From: Candidatus Eiseniibacteriota bacterium
GTDB taxonomy: Bacteria; Eisenbacteria; RBG-16-71-46; CAVPCR01
Direction of reading: 5' to 3'
NCBI GenBank assembly: GCA_963702435.1
Contig: CAVPCR010000001.1
Span: forward strand, 1,088,001-1,152,000
DNA: 64,000 bases
In this document: positions 9,109 to 17,988 of the stretch, in pieces
How positions within the stretch are numbered: position 1 is the stretch's first letter
Layout of the letters: every line of letters starts with the position of its first letter
Translations under genes and position numbers: made by a program
Notes under the pieces: generated by a model
Seen by the model: only the letters and a program-made list of their open reading frames with translations
Databases searched by the model: none
What the model was told of the DNA's origin: nothing

Positions 9109-9876
9109 ATGGTCGCCCTGATTGTTGTTCTGACCATCATTACCTTCCTGACCATCGATTACATGGTGCAGCGGGCGCAGTTGAAGGCGGCGCGATCGAC
9201 CGTCGCCGCGGCCGCCACCTCGACGCTCTCCGCGATGGCGCGGGAGGTCGAGGGACGCAAGGAGATAGCCATGGCGCCGGCCATCCCGATCGAGCGGATT
9301 CCGCGCAATGTGTTCGTGGACCTCGGCCACACCTGGGTCGAGATCGAGCCCAAGGGCCTGGTCAAGGTCGGCGCCGACTGGATGCCGGCCACCCTGCTCG
9401 GACAGCCGGAGAAGGTCGACTTCGCGATGGCGGGCTCCGCGGTCAAGCGCGGGGACGTCATCATGCGGCTCCGCCGGCACGGACGGATGATCGCGCTCCG
9501 CGCCCCCGTCGACGGCGTCGTCGAGGAAGTGAACGGCGCGCTCGTCGACAATCCGGCGCCGATCACGAGCGACCCCTTCGGCGCGGGCTGGCTCTATCGC
9601 ATCGCGCCGGCGAACCTGGGTTCGGCGCTGCGCTCGATGCTCATCGACGACGAGGCGGCGAACTGGATGCACCGCGAGGTGCGCCGCCTGCGTGACGCGC
9701 TGAGCACGATCTCGCGCCGGATGGCCCTCGGCGGCCAGTCGGGCCTCGCGGCCCAGCTCGCCCTGGCCACGGCAGGCCCCACGCTCCAGGACGGCGGGCT
9801 CCCGGTTCAGGGCCTCGCCGACGAGCTCGATCCGGAGAGCTGGAACGAGCTCGCCCATACGTTCTTCGAAGGATAG
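9109..9876 (+). CDS. Membrane-anchored glycine-cleavage-H-like protein 2, lacking the lipoyl lysine
   Basis: N-terminal TM; HTWV, KVGAD, APVDGVVEEVN, DPFGAGWL; RLRRHGR in place of VESVKA; TLQDGG tail. Confidence 0.85.
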   Translation: MVALIVVLTIITFLTIDYMVQRAQLKAARSTVAAAATSTLSAMAREVEGRKEIAMAPAIPIERIPRNVFVDLGHTWVEIEPKGLVKVGADWMPATLLGQPEKVDFAMAGSAVKRGDVIMRLRRHGRMIALRAPVDGVVEEVNGALVDNPAPITSDPFGAGWLYRIAPANLGSALRSMLIDDEAANWMHREVRRLRDALSTISRRMALGGQSGLAAQLALATAGPTLQDGGLPVQGLADELDPESWNELAHTFFEG

Positions 9877-9988
9877 GACGCGACGCGCGGCGGATCTCGA
9901 GACATCGCTCGCGGTGGAACGAGCGGGAGGCGGGAGCGAGGGGCAGGGAACGTCCGGCACCGGCCCTCACTCCGGGAGGCAAAAAGCG

Positions 9989-10810
9989 ATGAAAGCAGCG
10001 ATCCTCACCGACCTCACCAGGTGCAAGGGGTGTGAGGCGTGTGTCTGGGCCTGCAAGGAGCAGAACGGACTGCCCCAGAACGGCGGGGTCGACAAGCTCT
10101 CGGCCACGACGTGGACCGCGCTCGAGCGGCGCCGGGGCATCCCCATCCGCAGGCAATGCATGCACTGCGAGGAGCCGGCCTGCGTGTCGGTGTGCCCGGT
10201 CGGCGCGCTCAAGAAGACGGCGGCCGGACCGGTCGTCTACGACGCGGCGCGCTGCATGGGCTGCCGCTACTGCATGGTGGGCTGCCCGTTCGGCGTGCCC
10301 ACCTACGAGTGGGACAAGCCGCTGCCGCTCGTCCGCAAGTGCATCATGTGCTACGAGAAGCGGGTGCAGAACGGCCAGGAGCCGGCCTGCACCGCCGCCT
10401 GCCCGACCGGAGCCACGATCTTCGGCGATCGCGAAGAGCTCGTGCGCGAGGCCGAGCGGCGGATCGCCGCCGAGCCGGACAAGTACGTCGATCACATCTA
10501 CGGCCTGCACGAGGCCGGCGGGACCTCGGTCCTCTATCTGTCCGACGTCCCCTTCGCGGAGCTCGGTTTCCGGGTGGTGAGCCAGGACAATCCCTATCCG
10601 CGCCTCACCTGGAACATCCTGTCGAAGCTGCCCAACGTGGTCAGCGTCGGCGGCGTGCTCATGTTCGGGATCTGGTGGGTCTCCCAGCGCCGGCAGGCGC
10701 TCGCCCACCTGGCTCCGGCGGAGCGCACGCGCGAAGCGCTGGCGGCGGCCCGGAACGGCACCGCGACCGCGGACACCACTTCCACGACGGAGGCCGGCCA
10801 TGAGAGCTAG
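9989..10810 (+). CDS. 4x[4Fe-4S] ferredoxin, HybA/HmcB/NrfC-like, with C-terminal TM
   Basis: CKGCEACVWAC, CMHCEEPACVSVCP, CMGCRYCMVGCP, CIMC..PACTAACP; IYGLHEAGGTSVLYLS motif; no Tat signal. Confidence 0.93.
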   Translation: MKAAILTDLTRCKGCEACVWACKEQNGLPQNGGVDKLSATTWTALERRRGIPIRRQCMHCEEPACVSVCPVGALKKTAAGPVVYDAARCMGCRYCMVGCPFGVPTYEWDKPLPLVRKCIMCYEKRVQNGQEPACTAACPTGATIFGDREELVREAERRIAAEPDKYVDHIYGLHEAGGTSVLYLSDVPFAELGFRVVSQDNPYPRLTWNILSKLPNVVSVGGVLMFGIWWVSQRRQALAHLAPAERTREALAAARNGTATADTTSTTEAGHES

Positions 10811-12443
10811 CTCCCTCTTCCCGATGCGCCTGACCCTGTGGCGCGTGATCGCCGGTTTGATCCTGGCCGCCGGCGCCTACGCCACCTGGGTGCGCTTCTT
10901 CCGCGGCCTGGGCGCCTCCACCAATCTCACCGACCAGTTCCCGTGGGGGCTGTGGATCGGCTTCGACCTCCTGGTCGGCGTCGGCATGGCCGCCGGCGGC
11001 TTCGTCGTCGCCGCCACCGTGCACATCTTCCGCATCGAGAAGTACGAGCCCATCGCGCGCCCGGCCGTGCTCACCGCCTTCCTCGGGTACCTGCTCGTCA
11101 TCGTGGCGCTCCTGTTCGACCTCGGGCGGCCGTACCGGATCTGGCATCCGCTCGTCATGTGGAACCCGCACTCGGTCATGTTCGAGGTCGCCTGGTGCGT
11201 GGTGCTGTACACGACGGTGCTGGCGCTCGAGTTCAGCCCGCTCGTGCTCGAACGCCTGCGCTGGAAGCGCGCGCTGCATGTCATGCGCACGATCTACGTG
11301 CCGCTCGTCATCGCCGGCGTCCTGCTCTCGACGATGCACCAGTCGTCCCTGGGGACTCTGTACGTGATCGTGCCGGACAAGCTGCATGGACTCTGGTACA
11401 CGCCGCTCCTGCCGGTCTTCTTCTTCATCACGGCGATCGCCGCGGGAATCGCGATGACGATCTTCGAGTCGTTCATGAGCTATCGCGCCTTCGGCAAGCG
11501 CCTCGAGGATGAGCTCCTGGAGGGGCTCGCGCGGGTCATCGTCGTCGTCCTCGGCGTCTATGCGGTGTGGAAGTTCCAGGACCTGGCCGGCCGCGGCAAC
11601 CTGGGCCTCGCCTTCCAGATCACTCCGGAGAGCACCCTGTTCTGGGGCGAGATGGGCCTCGGCGTGATCCTGCCGATCATTCTCTTCGCGATCCCCAGGG
11701 TGCGGCACAGCCAGCACGGTCTCTTCTTCGGGGCGATGCTCACGGTGACGGGCTTCATCGTGAACCGCCTGAACGTGTCGGTGACCGGGATGCAGAGCTG
11801 GTCCGGGGTTTCCTACGTGCCGTCGTGGATGGAGTTCGCGGTGACCATGTCGATCGTCACGGCCGGCTTCATCGCCTTCTACTACGCGGTCAAGTACCTC
11901 CCGGTCTTCCACCACTTGCCGGAGCACGAGGAGGCGAGCCTGCCGAGCCGGCATGGACACGCCGCGCCGGTCTTCGTGCCCGAGCGGCGGATCGCTCCGA
12001 TCTTCCGCGGCGAGGTGCTGGCGGGGTTGTGGGCGCTCCTCTTCGTGGGAGCGATCGCGGTCGGCGTCACCACCAACAGGCATGTGAGCGGCGAAGCGGT
12101 GGCCGCCATGAACGGGAACGCGACGGCAGCCAATGATCAGGCCGCCGAGGCGCGGGCGGCACGCGCGGCCGCGCTCCCGATGACCCTCCCTGCCGATCAC
12201 ACGTTCATGACCGGGCCGGACAGCCCGGGCCGGGTCACCTTCCGGCACGAGTCGCACGTCGACCCGGCCACGCCCAAGTGCGCCACCTGCCATGCGACGC
12301 TGTTCAGCATGCAGGTGCCCGCGAAACCGCTCGCCGGCGTGATGGACATGGACAGCGCGCACGGTCCCCTGTGCGGCTCCTGCCACAACGGCACGGGCGC
12401 CTTCAAGGTGGACGAGAACTGCGACGTCTGTCACCAGCCGTGA
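10800..12443 (+). CDS. NrfD/HybB/HmcC-type polytopic membrane protein fused to a C-terminal triheme c7-type cytochrome
   Basis: TNLTDQFPWGLWIGFD, DLGRPYRIWH, SVMFEVAWC, LSTMHQSSLG motifs; extra TM, then VTFRHESH, CATCH, CGSCH, CDVCH. Confidence 0.92.
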   Translation: MRASSLFPMRLTLWRVIAGLILAAGAYATWVRFFRGLGASTNLTDQFPWGLWIGFDLLVGVGMAAGGFVVAATVHIFRIEKYEPIARPAVLTAFLGYLLVIVALLFDLGRPYRIWHPLVMWNPHSVMFEVAWCVVLYTTVLALEFSPLVLERLRWKRALHVMRTIYVPLVIAGVLLSTMHQSSLGTLYVIVPDKLHGLWYTPLLPVFFFITAIAAGIAMTIFESFMSYRAFGKRLEDELLEGLARVIVVVLGVYAVWKFQDLAGRGNLGLAFQITPESTLFWGEMGLGVILPIILFAIPRVRHSQHGLFFGAMLTVTGFIVNRLNVSVTGMQSWSGVSYVPSWMEFAVTMSIVTAGFIAFYYAVKYLPVFHHLPEHEEASLPSRHGHAAPVFVPERRIAPIFRGEVLAGLWALLFVGAIAVGVTTNRHVSGEAVAAMNGNATAANDQAAEARAARAAALPMTLPADHTFMTGPDSPGRVTFRHESHVDPATPKCATCHATLFSMQVPAKPLAGVMDMDSAHGPLCGSCHNGTGAFKVDENCDVCHQP

Positions 12444-12549
12444 CTAGGGGACGGCCGGACACGATGAGCGAAGATCAAGCGGCGAGCAAGCAGTGAGCAA
12501 CGGCAGCGAGCAGGGCTGGCAGAGACGGATGAGCGGGGAGGTGCGAGAG

Positions 12550-13290
12550 ATGTCGGCTCCCGAAACCCCGAGGTTCTTGCCCAAGGGCGCCGAGCGGTGC
12601 GTGTGGATGGCCGCCGGGATGGTCGCCTACAAGCTCTGCGACCGTGCCTTCGACTGCGAGTCCTGCCAGTTCGACGCGGTGATGCGCGGCCAGGCACCGG
12701 CGGTCCCGGAAGAACTCTCGGTTCCGATTGCGGCCATCGGGCCGGACGAATTCCGTGAGGACCGCCGGTACCACGCCGCGCACACCTGGGCGCAGGCGGT
12801 CGGACCCGACCGCCTGCGCATCGGGCTCGATGCCTTCGCCGCCTGGCTGGTCGGCGATGCGACCTCGATCGTGCTGCCGCCGGCCGCGTCGCTGATCGCC
12901 GCCGGCGGTGCCGGGGCGTGGGTCATCGACGGCTGCGGGCCGCTTCCGCTGCGCATGCCGGTCAACGCCACGGTGATCCGCGCCAATCCGCTCCTCCGCA
13001 CGCACCCCCGCCTCGCGATCGAGGCACCGTACGACGCGGGCTGGCTCATCGAGGCGCGGGTCCCCGATCCCGCGGCGGCGATCGCCGGGCTCGCGTCCGC
13101 CGCCGCCATGCGCGAACGCACGGCGCGGGAGCTCGGCGAATTCGATCAAGAGGCGCGCACCCGCTTGCACCGCGGGGCCGAGACGGTCGGCGTCACGCTC
13201 GCCGACGGCGGCGAGCGGATCGCCGATCTGCGGCGACTCCTCGGCGCCGAGTCCTACCGGGCGCTCATCGTGCGCTTCCTCGGCGGGTAG
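12550..13290 (+). CDS. Soluble GcvH-like protein 3 with N-terminal four-Cys motif, lacking the lipoyl lysine
   Basis: CVWMAAGMVAYKLCDRAFDCESCQFD; HTWA, IGLDAFA, MPVNATVIRAN, PYDAGW, TLADGGE. The start could be up to 57 bp upstream (12493). Confidence 0.85.
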   Translation: MSAPETPRFLPKGAERCVWMAAGMVAYKLCDRAFDCESCQFDAVMRGQAPAVPEELSVPIAAIGPDEFREDRRYHAAHTWAQAVGPDRLRIGLDAFAAWLVGDATSIVLPPAASLIAAGGAGAWVIDGCGPLPLRMPVNATVIRANPLLRTHPRLAIEAPYDAGWLIEARVPDPAAAIAGLASAAAMRERTARELGEFDQEARTRLHRGAETVGVTLADGGERIADLRRLLGAESYRALIVRFLGG

Positions 13291-13345
13291 CCGGCGCGGC
13301 GCGGCCACTCCGCACCGGCTACCTGACGGCCGCACCGCTACCGCA

Positions 13346-14761
13346 TCAGCGCAAGACCACGAGCTTCTGCGTGGCGCGGCCGGCATTCCCGCTGAGGTGC
13401 AGGAAGTAGACTCCGGCCGCGAGCAGCCCGCTTGCAGGGTCTCGCGTCTCCCACGCCTGGCGGTGAATCCCCGCCGCGACGCGGCCATCGACGAGCGTGG
13501 CCACATGCCGCCCGCTCACGGTGAAGACCTCGAGCCGGAAGGAAGAGGATCCGGCGACCTGGAAGGTGATCTCGACCGGAGCACCCTGGCGGACCGGATT
13601 CGGGGTGAGAGCCAGGCGCGGTGCGGCCGCGGGCGGCGCGACGGCCTCCTCGCCCATGCCGGCCGTGGCGCAGCCGGCGGCGTTGGCATCGCCGGCATTG
13701 AGCGAGACCATGAAGATGGTGAGGTCGGCTATGTTGACCATCCCGTTTCCGTCGAAGTCCGCGCACAGGTCGCCGGTCATCAAGGCAGTCTGCACGTACT
13801 GCATGTCGTGCGCATTCACAGCGCCATCGGCTTCCATGCCGTCCCAGTCCGTGCTCACGAAGCGGGTGAAGGTCCGAATCAGGACGTCCCCGGCGTACAC
13901 CTGCACCGCGCACTGGTCGCATCCGCCGGCGCGCGGCCTGAGGGTCACGCTGCCCGCGGCGTTGGTCGTGCCACGGAGCCCCGCATCCCCCGAGTCGAGG
14001 CACACCTCACAGCCGGTGAAAACGATCTCTACGGGCATCGCGGCCAGGGGCAAGCCCGACTCGTCGCAGACGGTTACGGTGAGGTGGTCGACGTTCGACT
14101 GATTGCCCGGCGTGACGAAGGCATTCGTCCGCCCATCCCAGGGTGCGACCGTGCAATGCGCCGGATGGGGGAGGCCCGGGCTGGATGGCAGGAGCTCGAC
14201 GTTGTCGACACCGGCCTCGTCCCTGCACATGGAGTTGCACTCCATCGAGATCCGGAGCTCGGTGACGTTGGCGAGAACCTCCTCGAAGCTGGCTGTTCCC
14301 ACGTACCGCTCCCACGCGTCTGCCGTGAAGGGAACGTAGCGTGGCTGCCACACGCCGAGCGGTCCGACCGGTTGCGCGCGCTCGTAGTAGATCGTCGTGT
14401 CCCCGCCGATCACGGCAAAGAGCATGGGGACGGTCGGCCGATTCGGTCCCGGATTGCAGTTGTAGAGGTACTCGTCCCACTGGATCCCGGTGTAGCAGCT
14501 CAGGTTGCCGGTGAACTCCGGCGGCGCGACGGCATAGAGCCCGCCGCCGCCGGGCATGGTGTCCTCGCACTTCATGAACCCCCCCGGATTGCCTCCAGAC
14601 CCAGGGTTCAAGAGGTTGCCGTTGAACGGCTCGAGCCTGGTCCAGCCCTGCAGCGTGCCGTCGTCGAAGTCCGATCGTGGCGCGGCCCCCGCGGGGCTGG
14701 GCATGAGCAGAGTCAGGCTGACAACGACGAAGATCGATGTTGAGAAAAGGATCCGGTCCAT
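13346..14761 (-). CDS. Secreted multidomain protein: laminin-B-like N-terminal domain, Ig-like and dockerin-like region, FlgD/T9SS-like C-terminal tail
   Basis: Signal peptide; FDDGTLQGW..GGNPGG..APPEFTGNLS..FEEVLANVTELRI..GVDNV; ADFDGNGMVNIADL; PNPV..EVFTVSGRHVATL..W..AAGVYFLHL..KLVVLR. Confidence 0.8.
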   Translation of the reverse strand: MDRILFSTSIFVVVSLTLLMPSPAGAAPRSDFDDGTLQGWTRLEPFNGNLLNPGSGGNPGGFMKCEDTMPGGGGLYAVAPPEFTGNLSCYTGIQWDEYLYNCNPGPNRPTVPMLFAVIGGDTTIYYERAQPVGPLGVWQPRYVPFTADAWERYVGTASFEEVLANVTELRISMECNSMCRDEAGVDNVELLPSSPGLPHPAHCTVAPWDGRTNAFVTPGNQSNVDHLTVTVCDESGLPLAAMPVEIVFTGCEVCLDSGDAGLRGTTNAAGSVTLRPRAGGCDQCAVQVYAGDVLIRTFTRFVSTDWDGMEADGAVNAHDMQYVQTALMTGDLCADFDGNGMVNIADLTIFMVSLNAGDANAAGCATAGMGEEAVAPPAAAPRLALTPNPVRQGAPVEITFQVAGSSSFRLEVFTVSGRHVATLVDGRVAAGIHRQAWETRDPASGLLAAGVYFLHLSGNAGRATQKLVVLR

Positions 14762-14849
14762 CGTGACCTCCTCGCCTGCGGGCCGCCTCCGGCGGCATCG
14801 GGAGGGACTCTCGCTCCCGCCTCGGGGCGCCTGTGCCTCCGCCCATGAA

Positions 14850-14874
14850 GACGACGCAGGCGGGCAGACGGCGG
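14850..14874 (-). promoter_or_regulatory. Putative ECF promoter of the secreted-protein gene (CCGCCG-N8-CCTGCG-N-CGTC)
   Basis: Same architecture as the motif at 15515-15539; CGTC is a typical ECF -10 element. Confidence 0.6.
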
Positions 14875-14893
14875 AAGGAAAAGACGCGGGGTG

Positions 14894-14920
14894 CCGGCTG
14901 GCTGAGCGGGAGCCAGCCGG
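14894..14920 (-). terminator. Hairpin after the ECF sigma stop codon
   Basis: CCGGCTGGCT-N7-AGCCAGCCGG perfect 10-bp stem; the U-tract is weak and displaced. Confidence 0.5.
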
Positions 14921-14921
14921 A

Positions 14922-15491
14922 TCAGGCGGGGTCGATCAGGGAGGTGTGCTGGCGGAGGCGCTCGATCCCTTCGAAGAGGCGCGACTTGACGACCGACTCG
15001 GGGATCTCGAGGACCTCGGCGATCTCCTGCCGCGAGAGACCCTCGACGTAGCGAAGGCGGAGGATCTCGCGCTGGCTGGCCGGGAGCCCGGCCACGAGCT
15101 GCCGCAGCCGGGAGCGGAGCTCCTTGCGCACGAGCCGGGTCAGATGCCCGGTCAGCTCGGCGGCCGCCACGCTCTCGCTCGGCAGCGGCTGGTCGTCCCG
15201 CCGGCGGGCGCGGCCGCGGAGGAGATCGAGACAGCGATTGCGGGCGATCCGGTAGATCCAGGAGCGGAAGCTCTCGGGGACGGTCTCCGCGGCGAGCACC
15301 TTGCAGAAGACGTCCTGTACCGCGTCCTCCGCCTGCTCGACTTGACCGAGATACCCGGCGCAGAAGCGCAGGAGGTCGCGCCGGTAGAGCTGCTCGAGGA
15401 GCTCGCCGGCGGCGCAGTCGCCGGCCCGGAGCCGCCCGATGAGGCTCGGCGTGAGGTCGTTAGCCGGCGCGGGTTGCTCTTGCTCGCCCAT
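14922..15491 (-). CDS. ECF sigma-70 family sigma factor
   Basis: MGEQEQP start; AEDAVQDVF, FRSWIYRIARNRCLD, LRYVEGLSRQEIA..VKSRLFEG. Confidence 0.93.
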   Translation of the reverse strand: MGEQEQPAPANDLTPSLIGRLRAGDCAAGELLEQLYRRDLLRFCAGYLGQVEQAEDAVQDVFCKVLAAETVPESFRSWIYRIARNRCLDLLRGRARRRDDQPLPSESVAAAELTGHLTRLVRKELRSRLRQLVAGLPASQREILRLRYVEGLSRQEIAEVLEIPESVVKSRLFEGIERLRQHTSLIDPA

Positions 15492-15514
15492 GGTCCCGTC
15501 CCCTCCACGAGTAT

Positions 15515-15539
15515 GACGCCGCAGGGGCCGGTTCGGCGG
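15515..15539 (-). promoter_or_regulatory. Putative autoregulatory ECF promoter (CCGCCG-N8-CCTGCG-N-CGTC)
   Basis: Lies 24 bp upstream of the sigma ATG; matches the motif at 14850-14874. Confidence 0.6.
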
Positions 15540-15608
15540 CAAGTTTCCGCACATGCGATAGAATGGATACAGGTGTCGTCCCGGCATTGCCTTGCCTGGG
15601 GGAGTCGG

Positions 15609-17975
15609 ATGGGCTGCGAGGTATCGCGAGAGCAGCTCTGGAGCTGGGTGGACCGCGACGCGCCGGAACTGGCCGGGCATCTCGCCGTGTGCGCCGGCTG
15701 CCGGGCTCGTGCGGCGGAGATCCGATCGCAAATCGGGCTCATCGCCGCCGACACCCAGGCCCTCACCATCCCGCTGCCGGAACGGATCGGCAACTACACG
15801 ATCAAGCGCCTGATCGGCGAGGGCGGTCAGGCGCTGGTCTACGAGGCCGAGCAGGCCTCCCCGCGGCGCGCCGTCGCCGTCAAGGTGCTGAAGGGCGGCC
15901 GGTTCATCGGCGCCCGCGAGCTCCGCCGGTTCCAGCGGGAGATCCAGGCTCTCGCGGCGCTCCATCATCCCGGGATCGCCACCATCCATGAGGCCGGCCA
16001 GGCGCCCGAGGGACAGCACTACCTGGCCATGGAGCTGGTCCAGGGGACCTGGCTCCACGTCTACCTGCGCGAGCAGTCGCCACCGCGGCGCGCACGCCTC
16101 GAACTCTTCCGGAAGATCTGCGATGCCGTCCAGTACGCCCACCGCCATGGCGTCGTCCATCTCGATCTCAAACCCACGAACATACTGATCGACGAGGATG
16201 GCCAGCCCAAGGTGCTCGACTTCGGTCTGGCGCGGATCAGGCACGGCGAGCCGGATCGCACCCTGACCGAGACCAACGTCGTCGCGGGCACGCCGCGCTA
16301 CATGAGCCCGGAGCAGATCTGCGGGCAGCGAGACGAGGTGGACGGCCGCGCGGATGTGTACGCGCTGGGCGCGATCCTGTACGAGATGCTGACCGGACGG
16401 CCCCCCCACGACGTGAGCGCGCTGACTCCGGAAGCGATCCGGACGGTCTGCGAGGAGGCGCCGGCGCGGCCGAGCACCCTCGATCGTTCCCTCAGCGGCG
16501 ATCTCGAGTCGATCCTGCTCCGCGCTCTGGCCAAGTCGCCGGCCGATCGCTATGCGTCGGTCGCCGACCTGGCGGCCGATGTGGAATGCCATCTGCGCGG
16601 CGAGGTGATCGCCGACGCGAAGGCCGCGGGTAGACCGGTGCGGTGGGCCGCCACCTTGCGGAAGATCAGGACGGAACGCCGTTGGCGCTGGCGGCTGGGA
16701 GCAGCGGCGGCATTCGCCCTCGCCGCCGCCCTGAGCCTCGCGTACGGGTTTCGCGCGCCGTACGATCGCATGGCGGCACGCATGGAGATTGCCGAGCTCA
16801 ACAGCTGGCTCTTCCATGAGGAGCCGGATCCCCTCAGAGTGGCGGCGGCCATCGCCGCGCTGAAGCGCTTTCCAGAGCTCAGGGATGCGGTTCTCCTCGC
16901 CGCCCATGGCAACGTGATCGACGGTGAGTATCGCTTCGCGATCGAGCTCCTGCGCGAGGGCCTGGCGCGCGACCCGTCGGCCTGGCCCTACCGAGCACTG
17001 CTGAGCGAGATCAACACCCGGCTCGCGCGACCGGAGGCCGCCGGGCTGTGGAACGAGGAGACCGAGGCCGGACAGCTCGCCACCGCCGAGGACTGGTACC
17101 TGCGCTCGCTCGCCACCCTCGATCGCCGGGTCGCGCTGCGCTCGGCGCGGGAGGCGGTGCGCCGAGATCCAGAGCATCCGTGCGCCATGCTGGCGCTGAC
17201 GCGGCTGGCCGTGCTCGATGGAGACTACGCCGCGGCGGCCGATGGGGCGGCGGCGCTCGAGCACCTGGGAGAGGATGTCAGCTACTGGAAGGGGGAGCGC
17301 AGCGACTTCCTGGGGCGCCTCGATCGCTATGCCGAAGCCCTGGGGGCCGCGGACTCCGCCCTGGCCATGTCTCCGGGCAACTTCCACTCGTTCTACCGGC
17401 GCGCGGTCTTGCACCGGCGTCTCAAGCACCACCGGCCGGCCATCGAGGATTTCACGCGCGCCATCCAGCTCGCCGGCGAAGGCAACTCCGCGTGGATCGT
17501 CTACCACCGCGGCACGATGCACTGGCTCGCCGGGCAACCCGAGGAGGCGGTGGCGGACTATCGCCGTGCGTCGGACATCCTCGGCTTCGCCACTTATGGC
17601 AGCGCGCGCATGGTGCTCATCCTGCGCGAGCTGGGGCGAGGCGCCGACGCGGATAGCGCCCTCGCCGAAGCCCGGCGGGGGGTCCTGCAAGACGGCCAGC
17701 TCGCGGAGATCCTCTCCTGCCTGGCGGGCGAGATCACACCCGCTGCCCTCGTCGCCGCCGCCGATCCCGCCGACCCGCGGCAGCAATGCGAGGTCTGCTA
17801 CTATGCAGCCGAGTTGAACCTGGCTGCCGGGAGGATCGAGGCGGCGCGGGATCTCTTCCAGCGCTGCATCGAAACAGGTGTGAGGTCGGATCCCGACAAC
17901 ACGATAGAGCCGATGAGCGAGTATGAGCTCGCCGAGTGGCGGCTGACGCAGCTGTCGACACCGGACCCGAGCTGA
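15609..17975 (+). CDS. Ser/Thr protein kinase with N-terminal ZAS zinc-finger, TM helix and C-terminal TPRs
   Basis: MGCEVSREQL..HLAVCAGC; IGEGGQALV, VAVK, HLDLKPTN, DFG, GTPRYMSPE, DVYALG; TM WRLGAAAAFALAAALSLAYGF; TPR-like repeats. Confidence 0.92.
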   Translation: MGCEVSREQLWSWVDRDAPELAGHLAVCAGCRARAAEIRSQIGLIAADTQALTIPLPERIGNYTIKRLIGEGGQALVYEAEQASPRRAVAVKVLKGGRFIGARELRRFQREIQALAALHHPGIATIHEAGQAPEGQHYLAMELVQGTWLHVYLREQSPPRRARLELFRKICDAVQYAHRHGVVHLDLKPTNILIDEDGQPKVLDFGLARIRHGEPDRTLTETNVVAGTPRYMSPEQICGQRDEVDGRADVYALGAILYEMLTGRPPHDVSALTPEAIRTVCEEAPARPSTLDRSLSGDLESILLRALAKSPADRYASVADLAADVECHLRGEVIADAKAAGRPVRWAATLRKIRTERRWRWRLGAAAAFALAAALSLAYGFRAPYDRMAARMEIAELNSWLFHEEPDPLRVAAAIAALKRFPELRDAVLLAAHGNVIDGEYRFAIELLREGLARDPSAWPYRALLSEINTRLARPEAAGLWNEETEAGQLATAEDWYLRSLATLDRRVALRSAREAVRRDPEHPCAMLALTRLAVLDGDYAAAADGAAALEHLGEDVSYWKGERSDFLGRLDRYAEALGAADSALAMSPGNFHSFYRRAVLHRRLKHHRPAIEDFTRAIQLAGEGNSAWIVYHRGTMHWLAGQPEEAVADYRRASDILGFATYGSARMVLILRELGRGADADSALAEARRGVLQDGQLAEILSCLAGEITPAALVAAADPADPRQQCEVCYYAAELNLAAGRIEAARDLFQRCIETGVRSDPDNTIEPMSEYELAEWRLTQLSTPDPS

Positions 17976-17988
17976 ACGAGGGATTGCG

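Noticed and set aside
8395..13290. Glycine cleavage system, hydrogenase-2 or sHdr/LbpA annotation
   Set aside because: No lipoyl Lys, no gcvP/T/L, no NiFe subunits and no hdr genes in the window.
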